Virus record (IMG/VR): IMGVR_UViG_3300033388_007730
Coordinates: 62,001 to 126,000 of that record
Strand: one strand, 5' to 3'
DNA length: 64,000 bases
The stretch's first letter is position 1. Each line of letters begins with the position of its first letter. The position numbers and the translations under genes were made by a program. Of the stretch, positions 16,984 through 27,192 are shown piece after piece. The notes under the pieces are model-generated. The model was not told the origin of the DNA. It worked only from the letters and a program-made list of their open reading frames with translations, and made no database searches.

Positions 16984-19962
16984 ATGAAGACGTTGCAATC
17001 AAATGAGTATCAAAAAGAGGCTATTTCGCATAAAGATGGTCCGTGTCTAGTAACATCATGTCCTGGTTCAGGAAAAACATTCACTTTAGTAGAGAGGATT
17101 GTTGCTCTTATTAAAAGTGGAGTAGAACCAAAAAATCTTCTTTGTATCACATTTACAAATAAAGCTGCTAATGAAATGAGAGAAAGGATTTGCGATAGAC
17201 TTGGAATTAAGAAGCCAGGATTCTTTATTGGAACTTTCCACTCTTTATGCGCTAAGATGTTGAGAAAGATTGGTCCAGGTAGAGGATATATTGCTAATTT
17301 TACAATCTTAGCAGATAGAGAACAAATGGATATGGTGATGCAAGTTTCCAGGCATTTGGGATATGATATAAAAATAGGAGATGCTAGAAGAATAGCTCAT
17401 GCTGTTAACTATTATAGAGATCAGATGGAAGATTTTATCTGGGTAGAAGAAAGATTAAAAACACTACCTATGATTGAAATAGGAAGAACTTATTTAGAGA
17501 GATGTAAAAATAATTCTATGATAGATTTTAGTGGGCTTATCTCAGAAGCTATTAGAATTATTGAAGAGAACCAAGATATTAGAGAAAAAATACAAGATAC
17601 TTTTAAGTATATTTTAGTTGATGAGACTCAAGACACTAATAAATCACAATTCCATTTGGTTAATTTGTTAGGAGCAAAATGGAAAAATATTATGTTGATA
17701 GGCGATATCGATCAATGTCTTGTTGATGGAACAAAAATAGAGACTAGAGATGGTATAAAAAATATAGAAGATGTAATAGAAGGAGAAGAAGTTAGAGTTG
17801 CTACTGGAGGTGATAAAACATTTTTTACTAAGGTGAATAAAAAATATAGAAAAAAAATTAAAAATGATAAAAAAATTGTTAAAATTAAAACACGATTAGG
17901 GAAAGAAATAATAGCAACAAATGAGCATGTATTTTTTGCTGATTTTGTTGTTCCTTCTGAATTAAATAAGTATTTTGTTTATCTAATGTATAAAAAAGAT
18001 ATAGGATATAGAATAGGATTGACTAGCACCTGTGTTAAACGTGAGGGGAAAAGTAAATTTGGATTTTTAGGAAGGTTAAGAGGGGAAAAAGCGGATAGAA
18101 TTTGGATAATAGAAACTTGTAAGACATATCGGGAAGCAGCTTATTATGAACAATATTATTCATCAGAATATGGTTTGCCCACATGGACTTTTGTAGATAG
18201 AGCTTATCTCAGTAAAAATGCGTATACTAAAGAAGATATAACAAAATTATTTGGATCTGTTAACACTACTAAAAAGGCTAAAAAATTGATGGAAGATAAA
18301 AACATTGAATTTCAATACTTTTATCATTTTCCATCTGCTTCTAATAAAAAAATGAGAGATAATTTTACAATTACTATGTGTGGAGATTCTAGATATGCTT
18401 CTTTACATAGATATTGTTATTCTTTTTCGGGGAATAATAAAAAAGAAAAATTAATAGAAGCTGGATTAAATGTTAGAAAATCTAAAAAGAAGTATTGGAG
18501 GATAGAAAGCGCTAATCAAAATTTGAAGAATGTCTATGACATTTATGATAGAATACAAAGTGTAATTCCAGATATAAATATAGTAGAAAAAGCTAATTTT
18601 GCTGGTCATTCTTTGCTTTTGATGCCATCATCACATCTTAAGATGGGTATTAATATTGCTATTTTTCATGATGGGAATATTGTATTGGACGAAGTTGTAG
18701 AAGTGAAAAATGATGTATTAGAAAATGGGTGGGTTAATGATCTAGATATAAATAGGTATCATAATTATATAGCAAATGGTATAGTAAGTCATAACTCAAT
18801 TTATGGTTGGAGAGGAGCTAGGTATCAGAATATTCAGGAATTTATGGATATGTACCCTGAGTGTAATGTAATATCATTATCTAAGAATTACAGATCTACG
18901 CCAGAAATAATTGCTGTTGCTGATAAACTCATTAAGAGGAATAGCAGTCATGTTAAAATAAAATTTGAGACAGATAACAAAAGTGGGCAACCAGTAAAAT
19001 GTTATAGTTTTGGAGATCAAAATAAAGAAGCTGAATGGATTGGTAAAATGGTTAAGAAACTCATGGAAGATGGTGGCTGGGATCCAGAAGATATGGCTGT
19101 TCTATATAGAGTTAATAAGATGTCTGAACCTGTTGAGCAATCTTTGGCGACAGCAGGTATTCCATACGAGGTTGTAGGATCATGGAATTTTTATGATAGA
19201 AAAGAAGCGAGAGATTGTATTGCTATGTTAAAGCTTATAGCCAATAATAAGGATGCTATATCTTTTCATAGAGTTATCAGTATGATGAAAGGCATGGGGA
19301 ATATAACAATAGGAAAAATAGAGATGAAAGCTGCTAATAAGAACATACCTTTGTTGGATGCTGCATTGCTTATAAAAGCTGAGTCTAATTCTGTTTCTAT
19401 AAAGAAAGCATGTCAAGAAATTTATGATAAATATAATCAGAAGTGGGATTTTTCTAATCCTGCTAAGTGTTTATCTATGGTAGTTGATGGATTAGGATAT
19501 CCTGATTATCTTCATAAGAAATATGGAGGAGATGCAGCCGAAAGATTAGAAAATGTAGAACAGATTGTAGATGCTTGTGGAGAGTTCGCAGGTCATGAAA
19601 ATGGTCTTAATCAGTACTTGCAACAGATAGCATTAGTTACTTCTGCTGACAAAGAAGATGAGGGTGGAAAAGTTTCTTTAATGAGTTTACATGCTGCTAA
19701 AGGATTAGAGTTTCCTATTGTATTTATGATAGGTGTTGAGAACGGAATTCTGCCGCATCAGCAAGCTGTGGTTGATGATCCTGCTAGTGGATTGGAAGAA
19801 GAGAGAAGATTATGTTATGTGGGGATGACAAGAGCAAAGAAAGTTTTGTATGTTACTTGGTGTAGAAATAGAAAAAGATTTGGCAAGTTTGGGGTAATGT
19901 CATATAAGGGCACTAAACCAAGTGAATTCTTAAAAGAGTGTGGATTGATGAGGGACGAATAA
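16984..19962 (+). CDS. uvrD: UvrD/PcrA SF1 helicase containing an intein
   Basis: CPGSGKT, ITFTNKAANEM, LVDETQDTN, GDIDQ|intein|SIYGWRGA, NYRS, HAAKGLEF, EERRLCYVGMTRA. Confidence 0.92.
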   Translation: MKTLQSNEYQKEAISHKDGPCLVTSCPGSGKTFTLVERIVALIKSGVEPKNLLCITFTNKAANEMRERICDRLGIKKPGFFIGTFHSLCAKMLRKIGPGRGYIANFTILADREQMDMVMQVSRHLGYDIKIGDARRIAHAVNYYRDQMEDFIWVEERLKTLPMIEIGRTYLERCKNNSMIDFSGLISEAIRIIEENQDIREKIQDTFKYILVDETQDTNKSQFHLVNLLGAKWKNIMLIGDIDQCLVDGTKIETRDGIKNIEDVIEGEEVRVATGGDKTFFTKVNKKYRKKIKNDKKIVKIKTRLGKEIIATNEHVFFADFVVPSELNKYFVYLMYKKDIGYRIGLTSTCVKREGKSKFGFLGRLRGEKADRIWIIETCKTYREAAYYEQYYSSEYGLPTWTFVDRAYLSKNAYTKEDITKLFGSVNTTKKAKKLMEDKNIEFQYFYHFPSASNKKMRDNFTITMCGDSRYASLHRYCYSFSGNNKKEKLIEAGLNVRKSKKKYWRIESANQNLKNVYDIYDRIQSVIPDINIVEKANFAGHSLLLMPSSHLKMGINIAIFHDGNIVLDEVVEVKNDVLENGWVNDLDINRYHNYIANGIVSHNSIYGWRGARYQNIQEFMDMYPECNVISLSKNYRSTPEIIAVADKLIKRNSSHVKIKFETDNKSGQPVKCYSFGDQNKEAEWIGKMVKKLMEDGGWDPEDMAVLYRVNKMSEPVEQSLATAGIPYEVVGSWNFYDRKEARDCIAMLKLIANNKDAISFHRVISMMKGMGNITIGKIEMKAANKNIPLLDAALLIKAESNSVSIKKACQEIYDKYNQKWDFSNPAKCLSMVVDGLGYPDYLHKKYGGDAAERLENVEQIVDACGEFAGHENGLNQYLQQIALVTSADKEDEGGKVSLMSLHAAKGLEFPIVFMIGVENGILPHQQAVVDDPASGLEEERRLCYVGMTRAKKVLYVTWCRNRKRFGKFGVMSYKGTKPSEFLKECGLMRDE
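17716..18795 (+). mobile_element. intein (360 aa) in helicase motif III
   Basis: CLVDGTKI...ATNEHVFF...DLDINRYHNYIANGIVSHN followed by +1 Ser. Confidence 0.9.
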
Positions 19963-19963
19963 G

Positions 19964-20491
19964 ATGAAAAAAGAAATTGAAAGAAAATTTTTAGTTCAGA
20001 AAGAAGATTTAGTTTCTCTGTTAATGTTTATGCCTCATTGCTCTTATGACATCTGGCAATATTATATTAGTGAAGATGTTAGATTAAGAACTGAAACTCA
20101 TAGTGATGGTGTAGAAAAAGCTAATTTTACAATTAAGATTAGTAATGATTCGTTATTGGAGAGAGATGAGTGGGAGTCATCGATTTCTGTATCTGACGCA
20201 GAGAGTCTGAGAAAAAATTTGATAAAAAGCAGGGTAGGGTTGGGGAGTGTTAGAAAAACACGTCATGTTTTGAGGGGGAGAGAAGGTATGAACTGGGAGA
20301 TAGATATATTTCATGGTAGTAATGAAGGTCTTATTATTGCAGAGATAGAATTGCCAAATAAAGATTATAAATTAGAACTTAATAAATGTCCGTGGATTGG
20401 GGAAGAAGTGACAAATAATGAAAAATATTACAATAGTTATTTAGCAGCTAATTCTTATTTGGAGTGGAAAGATGAAGGGCGACAAACATAA
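19964..20491 (+). CDS. CYTH / triphosphate tunnel metalloenzyme
   Basis: EIERKFLV, WEIDIF, AEIEL, WIGEEVT...YYNSYL. Confidence 0.85.
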   Translation: MKKEIERKFLVQKEDLVSLLMFMPHCSYDIWQYYISEDVRLRTETHSDGVEKANFTIKISNDSLLERDEWESSISVSDAESLRKNLIKSRVGLGSVRKTRHVLRGREGMNWEIDIFHGSNEGLIIAEIELPNKDYKLELNKCPWIGEEVTNNEKYYNSYLAANSYLEWKDEGRQT

Positions 20492-20636
20492 GCCACAATC
20501 AAGATTTGGAAGATGGATAGATGTTTTTAATGATGGGTTGAATATCCCTGATGAAGATCATTACAGAGTTCCATCTTTAGTGAATGAAAAGAGGCACGAA
20601 AGGCGATGGAGAAGGCGTGTAAAAAAACAAATTTAA
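20472..20636 (+). CDS. 54-aa basic hypothetical protein (absent from ORF track)
   Basis: SD GGAG; MKGDKHKPQSRFGRW...RRWRRRVKKQI. Confidence 0.4.
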   Translation: MKGDKHKPQSRFGRWIDVFNDGLNIPDEDHYRVPSLVNEKRHERRWRRRVKKQI

Positions 20637-20660
20637 GAAAAGAAATCGAGGAGAATAAAG

Positions 20661-20936
20661 ATGAATAGAGCAGAAGTAGAAACTAAGGTGGTAGAAGTGG
20701 TTGCACTTCAATTCGGAATGAAAATAAAAGATATAGAACCAGAGACAAACTTTTTAACAGATTTGAATGCAGATAGTTTAGATGCTGTAGAAGTTATTAT
20801 GTGTATTGAGGATAGATTTGATTTGGTCATTCCTGATGAGGAGTCTGAAAAAATGGTAACTGTAAAAATGGTTACTGATTATGTAGAAAAAGAACTTAAA
20901 AAAAGAGAGAATGATGCCGACGAGAGTAGTAAATAG
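20661..20936 (+). CDS. acpP: acyl carrier protein
   Basis: DLNADSLDAVEVIM phosphopantetheine site; FDLVIPDEESEK. Confidence 0.9.
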   Translation: MNRAEVETKVVEVVALQFGMKIKDIEPETNFLTDLNADSLDAVEVIMCIEDRFDLVIPDEESEKMVTVKMVTDYVEKELKKRENDADESSK

Positions 20937-20977
20937 ACGTAATTCATCTTTTGATGTATTAGAAAAAGGGAAAGTGA

Positions 20978-21172
20978 ATGAATAAGATACACGAAAAATT
21001 TATTAAAACATATACTATGAATAAGATTGATGATTTGTGTGGAATTTTAGATAATTTGTCAGATGAGAAAAGAGAGGTATTTTTAGATCCGTTGTATATT
21101 CAAATAGTTGGTATGAGTGGAGATTTTTTTAATCCCCAAAATGAGAATAAGACTTTGGGGGAGATAAATTAG
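20978..21172 (+). CDS. hypothetical protein
   Basis: 64-aa ORF. Confidence 0.4.
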   Translation: MNKIHEKFIKTYTMNKIDDLCGILDNLSDEKREVFLDPLYIQIVGMSGDFFNPQNENKTLGEIN

Positions 21173-21223
21173 ATAGATCATACTTATAATAATTTTAAAC
21201 TAAAAATAAATCAAATCCACGAT

Positions 21224-21511
21224 ATGTCTATTTGTGAAATTTTTATAGTAAGATCTTTAGTGGAGTATGCTCTTATATACTATTATTGTTACAGAGATGA
21301 TACCGTAGAGGGATATTATGAATCTCTAGATAAGTATGGAAAATTTCAAGAGGATTGTAGAAAAAAGGGAGATCCAGAGAGGTATAAAGACCTTAAAGAG
21401 ATGATGGATAATTATTTTGATACGAGAAAAGAACAGAAAGAAAAGTACGATATGATATGTGATGAAATAGTTTCACCTTTATTGCAGATAGATCCATTTA
21501 AGAATCTTTAA
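21224..21511 (+). CDS. hypothetical protein
   Basis: 95-aa ORF. Confidence 0.45.
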   Translation: MSICEIFIVRSLVEYALIYYYCYRDDTVEGYYESLDKYGKFQEDCRKKGDPERYKDLKEMMDNYFDTRKEQKEKYDMICDEIVSPLLQIDPFKNL

Positions 21512-21587
21512 AATTTTTTAGAAAAAAGAGGATTTTTGAAAATAATTTGTAATTATAATGTTATGATGTTAAGAATGTGAGGATGTT

Positions 21588-21758
21588 ATGGGAGATACCG
21601 TTCCAATAACTATTAGAATAAGAAAAGAAGTTTTAGAAAAAATTAAAAAGATTGCTAGAGAAAAATCTTTTAATGAAGACAAGGATTATAGTTATAGCGA
21701 TATAGTAAGAGAGTGTTTAGATAAGGTTATTAAGTATGAAAAGAATAGAAATATCTAA
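21588..21758 (+). CDS. ribbon-helix-helix DNA-binding protein (absent from ORF track)
   Basis: MGDTVPITIRIRKEVLEKIKKIAREK...SYSDIVRECLDK; SD GAGG. Confidence 0.65.
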   Translation: MGDTVPITIRIRKEVLEKIKKIAREKSFNEDKDYSYSDIVRECLDKVIKYEKNRNI

Positions 21759-22749
21759 ATCATCATTAGAGCAGTTATACATTATTGATGGAAAAACTAG
21801 AAAAGAAGTTGCTAAGATATATGGATGCTCAGTTGACACAATAAAAGATAGATTATTAAGATTTAATTTAAAGAAAAATATAAAATCTAAAAATCTTTTA
21901 AGAGAAATAATTGATGGATATGTAAAAGAAGGTAAGACTATAAAAGAAATGGCTTTAAGTTATAGATGCTCAATATTTGTAATGAAAAGAAAATTAAAAG
22001 AATATGGTATAAGATTACAGAAGAAATGCGATATTGATGACAAATATTTTTCAAAATGGTCGTCTAATCTGTCTTATTTAGTCGGTGTTATTTTTACAGA
22101 TGGATGTGTTAGGGATAATAGGAATGAGTTAACGCTCGTCTCTAAAGATGAAGAGTTAATAATTTTTTTCAAGAATGAATTAAAGACTAATTATAAGACT
22201 ATTCTTGTAAAATCTAAAGTTAATAATAACATATATAATTTTGTTTATGTTTATTCTAAACATATTATTAAAGATTTGTTAAAGATTGGAATAGTTCCAA
22301 GAAAGAGTAGAATATTATCTTTATCAAAAATTCCTTCTGAGTATATGGATATTTATTTTTGGGATATTATGAGAGGAATCGTAGACGGAGATGGATATAT
22401 ATATCAGCCAAAGAATAGGTCTATTAGATTTGGGATATGCTCTGGTAGCAGAATATTTTTAGAAGAAATATTAGATAATTTAGTTTGTAAGATAAAATGT
22501 CCTAGATATCAAATAGTAAAAGTTAAAAATAAAGAGTCATATTATTTAAATATAAATGGGGAATATGCTTATCTATGTTTAAAAAAAATGTATGACAATA
22601 ATAAATTTTCCATAAAAAGAAAAAGATGTATAGCCTTAGAATCTATGAGGGCGTTTGAAAATAAGAAGAATTGTATTTCTTGTGGAAGTGAAATGAAATT
22701 TTTTAATTTTGCTAGAAAATATTGCGATGATTGTAGAGGTAGATATTAA
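21736..22749 (+). mobile_element. free-standing LAGLIDADG homing endonuclease with N-terminal HTH repeats
   Basis: YLVGVIFTDGCV and IMRGIVDGDGYI; HTH RKEVAKIYGCSVDTI. Confidence 0.8.
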
Positions 22750-23020
22750 GACTAGTGTAATAAATATTAGATCTGATAAGTGTAGAGAAAATTTTGTTTA
22801 CATTGGAAGAGGAAGTAAATGGGGGAATCCTTTCTTTATTGGTAAGGATGGAACTAGGGAAGAAGTAATAGAGAAGTACAGAGACTGGATAAAAACTCAA
22901 CCAGAACTTCTCAATTCTCTACATGAGTTAAAAAATAAGAGGTTGGGATGCTATTGTTATCCCATGCACTGCCACGGTGATGTGTTGATAGAGCTATTAG
23001 AGGAAGAAGATAATGGCTAG
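22727..23020 (+). CDS. DUF4326 family protein
   Basis: VYIGRGSKWGNPF...LGCYCYPMHCHGDVL. Confidence 0.85.
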   Translation: MIVEVDIKTSVINIRSDKCRENFVYIGRGSKWGNPFFIGKDGTREEVIEKYRDWIKTQPELLNSLHELKNKRLGCYCYPMHCHGDVLIELLEEEDNG

Positions 23021-23420
23021 TTTATATGATTATATCCCAAAATACCCTATGTCAATATCTTTTGGAGGGAAAGAGATAAATGTTAGTGGCATTCAAAAAT
23101 TTGAAATAGAAGTGGATAGATGTTTTGCTCACTACTTCGTTTGGGTTGATACTGTTCAAATAGCTCCTCTATTACCATCTGGGAAGAAAAGCACTGTAGT
23201 TTTAACTCCAACCGAGTTAAGTTATGGTAGTCTTTTTAATATATCCAATATAACTTTAGTATGTAAAATTCTGAGTTTAGCATATCAGTCTAGGAGACAT
23301 AGATATATAGTTGAATTAAAATGCATCTTAAATCCAAAATTTTTAACCAAGTTTAAATACATAGAACCAGGAAAAGAAAAAAAAGAAGAAATAGATAAAT
23401 TTGATTTGATGGACTTATGA
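23013..23420 (+). CDS. hypothetical protein with C-terminal tag
   Basis: ends KEKKEEIDKFDLMDL. Confidence 0.6.
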   Translation: MASLYDYIPKYPMSISFGGKEINVSGIQKFEIEVDRCFAHYFVWVDTVQIAPLLPSGKKSTVVLTPTELSYGSLFNISNITLVCKILSLAYQSRRHRYIVELKCILNPKFLTKFKYIEPGKEKKEEIDKFDLMDL

Positions 23421-23635
23421 GTAGAAGAGATTACAGTGAGTATGTTTCAAGAATGAGTTATGGAGATCTTGTTCTACATATAGAAGAAATAGGAAAAGAA
23501 AAATTCAGAGGTCCTTTATCGGATAATTATTTATTGATGTCAGCTCTATGTTGTGAGAAGTACAAAAGAGATCAAGTAGAAAAAGAATTTTTGAGTAGAA
23601 AAAAGATATCAAGATTTAAGTTGATGGAATTATGA
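23417..23635 (+). CDS. hypothetical protein with C-terminal tag
   Basis: ends KKISRFKLMEL. Confidence 0.55.
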   Translation: MSRRDYSEYVSRMSYGDLVLHIEEIGKEKFRGPLSDNYLLMSALCCEKYKRDQVEKEFLSRKKISRFKLMEL

Positions 23636-24345
23636 AATCATATGAAGAATTAATTGGAAAGCACGAAGGAAAAAATGCCTTTATTTTAGGAGCTGGACCA
23701 TCTCTTTGGTTCAATATGCATAATCCATTATTTACATATCTTCCTTTATACGGAATTACTATTACTGTTAATTCTGCTGTGCTAGCAGATCCAGGATTTG
23801 ATTATTGGATTTCTAATGACGCACTTTGCAAGAGATGGAGCTGGTGGAAATTAGTTAAGAAGAATAAAGGAAAAAAAGTTGTAAGAGATAGCTGGTTAAA
23901 ATATAAAGATGAGATAAAAGATTTTTATATTTTTAAGCAAAGACCTACTTCTGAAGATATTATAAATCCAGAGGATAAAGGTTTAGCATATTGTAGTTCC
24001 GTTCCTTCAGCAATAGATCTTGCTCTTCAAATGGGTTGTAAGAATGTATTTGTACTTGGATTAGATCATGCGAAGTGGAAAAGAAAACACCACTTTTGGG
24101 AATATATGAAAAGGAAACCTACTGCTGTTTATCCTGCCCAGGGTCCATTTTCTCAGCAGAAAAAAGTTTTTCCAATCAATGAAAAAGCATTTTCGGCATT
24201 AAAGAAATTTGCAGATCATAAGAAAGCAAAAATATACAATATCAGTTATATGATAGAAGATAAAGAACTAAAATGGATGACTAAGGTTGATAATTTTGAA
24301 ATTATTTATTTGAATCAGATAGAAAAAATATTGGGAAAAGTATAA
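23632..24345 (+). CDS. Maf/MptE-like (DUF115) sialyltransferase-fold protein
   Basis: AFILGAGPSL, ITVN, SSVPSAIDLALQMGCKNVFVLGLDH. Confidence 0.7.
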   Translation: MKSYEELIGKHEGKNAFILGAGPSLWFNMHNPLFTYLPLYGITITVNSAVLADPGFDYWISNDALCKRWSWWKLVKKNKGKKVVRDSWLKYKDEIKDFYIFKQRPTSEDIINPEDKGLAYCSSVPSAIDLALQMGCKNVFVLGLDHAKWKRKHHFWEYMKRKPTAVYPAQGPFSQQKKVFPINEKAFSALKKFADHKKAKIYNISYMIEDKELKWMTKVDNFEIIYLNQIEKILGKV

Positions 24346-24542
24346 TGAAAGCAAGAGAATTAATACAAGAATTGGTAAAATTGATTGATAGGGATGGGGA
24401 TAGTGATGTAGAAATAACTCCAAGAATGGACAAATGGGTTTATGGGAGTAGACCTATTGAAAGTATTGGTGGAGATGGAGAAGGTGACAGAGGCGATGGA
24501 TGTATTTATATTCAATGTGAGATATATGAGGAAGAGAAATGA
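24345..24542 (+). CDS. hypothetical protein
   Basis: translationally coupled small ORF. Confidence 0.5.
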   Translation: MKARELIQELVKLIDRDGDSDVEITPRMDKWVYGSRPIESIGGDGEGDRGDGCIYIQCEIYEEEK

Positions 24543-24772
24543 AGTTCTTAAAAAAATTATTCAAAAGAGAGAAAAAGTATAAGCTCACTCTAACAGAAGA
24601 TGATATATTTTATACTGTAGTCCCTGCTGTTTATACGTGGTATGAAGAAGTAAGAAAGGACGGAGAGGAAAATGATTATAATGACGACAATAAAGAAATT
24701 CTTGAAAAAACAATGAAAAACTGTGTAGAAGTAATTGTTAAAATTAGGAAAGCAAGGGGGATAATTAAGTGA
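24539..24772 (+). CDS. hypothetical protein
   Basis: translationally coupled small ORF. Confidence 0.5.
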   Translation: MKFLKKLFKREKKYKLTLTEDDIFYTVVPAVYTWYEEVRKDGEENDYNDDNKEILEKTMKNCVEVIVKIRKARGIIK

Positions 24773-25152
24773 ATAAAGAAAAGTTGAAAAAAGAACTCGT
24801 TGAAATATCTGAGATGGAAGATAATTGGGATGGTTATGAAGCACCGTCTTTCACAAAAGAAATAATTGATAAAATTGATATTATCATTGATTGTTTAGAT
24901 GATAAATATCCAACGCCAGATCTTGTTCCTAGCCCTATTGGAATACAACTTGAATGGGATAGATCAAAGAAGAAAGGTGAGCTTAATTATTTAGAGATAA
25001 GTGTAGATGATGATAAGATATTATATATACAAGGCTTTGGAATGGGTATACAAGGCTTTGGAATGGGTATGCATGATTTTGATGATAAGAATATATCTGA
25101 TCTTAGTGAGATAAATGAGTTGTTAGAATCTTTTTATGGAGAAGAAAAATGA
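24769..25152 (+). CDS. hypothetical protein (NWDGY motif)
   Basis: EDNWDGYEAP...GIQLEW; 21-bp tandem duplication at 25027-25068. Confidence 0.55.
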   Translation: MNKEKLKKELVEISEMEDNWDGYEAPSFTKEIIDKIDIIIDCLDDKYPTPDLVPSPIGIQLEWDRSKKKGELNYLEISVDDDKILYIQGFGMGIQGFGMGMHDFDDKNISDLSEINELLESFYGEEK

Positions 25153-25556
25153 AGATGGTAGAAAAAATTTGGGGAAGTGAAAAATGGATTGTGAATAATG
25201 ATCTTTATTGTGGTAAAGTACTCACACTAAAAAAGATGTTCAGATGCAGTATCCATCATCACAAAAAGAAGACAGAAACCTTCTATGTCACAAAAGGAGA
25301 AGTATTATTAGAGGTTGATGATAATGCTTATATACTCTTGCCAGGAGATGCTATCGATGTATTTATAGGACAAGATCATAGATTTACAGGATTAGAAAAA
25401 AGTGAGATAATGGAATTTTCTACTCACCATGAAGACGAAGATAGTTATAGAAAGGTAGATAGTGGAGAGGTTAGAACTAACGATATAGATGATGTTAATA
25501 AAAAAATACATTTAACTAGAGATAATAATGAAGCAATAAGGAGAAATGATGATTGA
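25149..25556 (+). CDS. cupin (sugar-isomerase-like)
   Basis: VEKIWGSEKW, SIHHHKKKTETFYV, HRFTG, EFST. Confidence 0.8.
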   Translation: MKMVEKIWGSEKWIVNNDLYCGKVLTLKKMFRCSIHHHKKKTETFYVTKGEVLLEVDDNAYILLPGDAIDVFIGQDHRFTGLEKSEIMEFSTHHEDEDSYRKVDSGEVRTNDIDDVNKKIHLTRDNNEAIRRNDD

Positions 25557-25890
25557 TAGAAGAGAATTGTTTGAGAGCATGACTAGGGTTGATGTTCATC
25601 AGAGAAGTATCGATGATGTTATTAATACATTGGAAGAGTTGAAAAAAGAGTGTAAAAGTGATGAAGAATTGAAAAAATATTATAATACAAGATTATTATT
25701 TGAGTTGGATGGAGAGGATAGAATATGTTTGGAACTCTATGGGTATAGGATGGAAAGTGATGAAGAGTTTGAAACAAGAAAAAAAGAAAGGGAATCATAC
25801 GAAAGAGAGTATTCAGAAGAACTATTGGAAAAAGATAAACAAGATTATGCCAGGTTAATAGAAAAATATCCAGATGGTATTCCAAAATAA
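25546..25890 (+). CDS. hypothetical protein
   Basis: translationally coupled ORF. Confidence 0.55.
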   Translation: MMIDRRELFESMTRVDVHQRSIDDVINTLEELKKECKSDEELKKYYNTRLLFELDGEDRICLELYGYRMESDEEFETRKKERESYEREYSEELLEKDKQDYARLIEKYPDGIPK

Positions 25891-26606
25891 TGAAACAGTT
25901 CAAAGATATTCATAAAGATAAGATGTGTTTTATCTATGGAGCAGGAACTTCATTACATTTCATAGATTGTGAGCCTCTTAAAAAATATGTCACTATTGCT
26001 GTTAATTCTGGAGTAGTAAAAGCAAAATGGTGTGATTACTTCCTTTCAGATGATATAGGAATGAAGAATTGGAGCTATTATACTGAATTACTACCAACAT
26101 TAAATTGCAAAAAATTATTGTATAAAGATAAGTTAAAACATCATCACTCTCATTTAGATGATGTTTTTTTATATGAGCATACCTGGTGGTTCTCGCCAGA
26201 AGGTAGAAAATATAATTATGATGGATTGAAGTTGAATAAGACTGGTCCTATTATCGGTGCTAGAACTTCAATGGCTTCTGCTGTTCATTTCGCATATATT
26301 TTTGGTTGTAATCCGATAATATTATTAGGTAATGATTGTTGTTTCAAAGATGGCAAGAGGTATTTCTGGCAGTATAAGGGAGAGGATGCACCTCACAGAA
26401 CTAATAACCAGAGATTTAACAGTAGAACTCAAAACTTCGGATTTAGCCAAAGTGATTTTGTGGAGTACTGGACTTGCTTTGAGCAGATGAACAGAGATGT
26501 TATTGGGAAAGAGGTTGAGATTATAGATGCTTCTGAAAGTGTATTAGATTGTTTTCCAAAAATGAAAATTAATGAGGTATTAGAGAAATATGGCAGATTG
26601 GTATGA
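25890..26606 (+). CDS. Maf/MptE-like (DUF115) sialyltransferase-fold protein, paralog of 23632
   Basis: CFIYGAGTSL, TIAVN, TSMASAVHFAYIFGCNPIILLGND. Confidence 0.7.
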   Translation: MKQFKDIHKDKMCFIYGAGTSLHFIDCEPLKKYVTIAVNSGVVKAKWCDYFLSDDIGMKNWSYYTELLPTLNCKKLLYKDKLKHHHSHLDDVFLYEHTWWFSPEGRKYNYDGLKLNKTGPIIGARTSMASAVHFAYIFGCNPIILLGNDCCFKDGKRYFWQYKGEDAPHRTNNQRFNSRTQNFGFSQSDFVEYWTCFEQMNRDVIGKEVEIIDASESVLDCFPKMKINEVLEKYGRLV

Positions 26607-26880
26607 AGAAAATATAGAAGAGGGAGTTCGTTTCCCAGTTAAACTCTTAAGGGAGAATGGTATTAATACTGAGTGCTCTTGTGAACATGAAGGATATATT
26701 CAGTGCCAATATATTAATGATGGACATATAAGGCATGTTGATTATACTTTGTTTAATGCTGGCTTTAGGAATTATACTATTGAACTTTATTTAACTAGAG
26801 ATAATGGTCATTTGAGAAGCTTTATAAATATTAAATTTAGAGATTTGGAGGAATATAAAAAAAATGGGATTGAGAAATGA
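26590..26880 (+). CDS. hypothetical protein
   Basis: LRENGINTECSCEH motif. Confidence 0.5.
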   Translation: MADWYEENIEEGVRFPVKLLRENGINTECSCEHEGYIQCQYINDGHIRHVDYTLFNAGFRNYTIELYLTRDNGHLRSFINIKFRDLEEYKKNGIEK

Positions 26881-27046
26881 AGATGCTTTTATTCATCTAG
26901 GGATTCCTTGCAGGGGGATGACATCAGGAGAAATAGATTTTGCGATAGAAAGTAGAACACATGAAATTTGTAAAGATAAATTGAGAAAAAAAGAAATTAT
27001 AGAAATGTTAGATACTCTTAAAAGAGTAATAGAGGAGAATTATTAA
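26864..27046 (+). CDS. hypothetical protein
   Basis: 60-aa coupled ORF. Confidence 0.4.
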   Translation: MGLRNEDAFIHLGIPCRGMTSGEIDFAIESRTHEICKDKLRKKEIIEMLDTLKRVIEENY

Positions 27047-27192
27047 TGGATAAAAAAAAGAAAAAAGGTTTAATGACAATATTGTGGGAGTCGATGCTTG
27101 GGACTGGTGGATGTTGCGGTTCAGGAGGATCATGTTGTTGCGGAGATAAGAAAGAAGAAGAGAAAAAAGAAGAAGATTCAACAAAAGAATAA
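27046..27192 (+). CDS. 48-aa Cys/Gly-rich putative metal-binding microprotein (absent from ORF track)
   Basis: SD GAGGAG; MDKKKKKGLMTILWESMLGTGGCCGSGGSCCCGDKK. Confidence 0.55.
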   Translation: MDKKKKKGLMTILWESMLGTGGCCGSGGSCCCGDKKEEEKKEEDSTKE

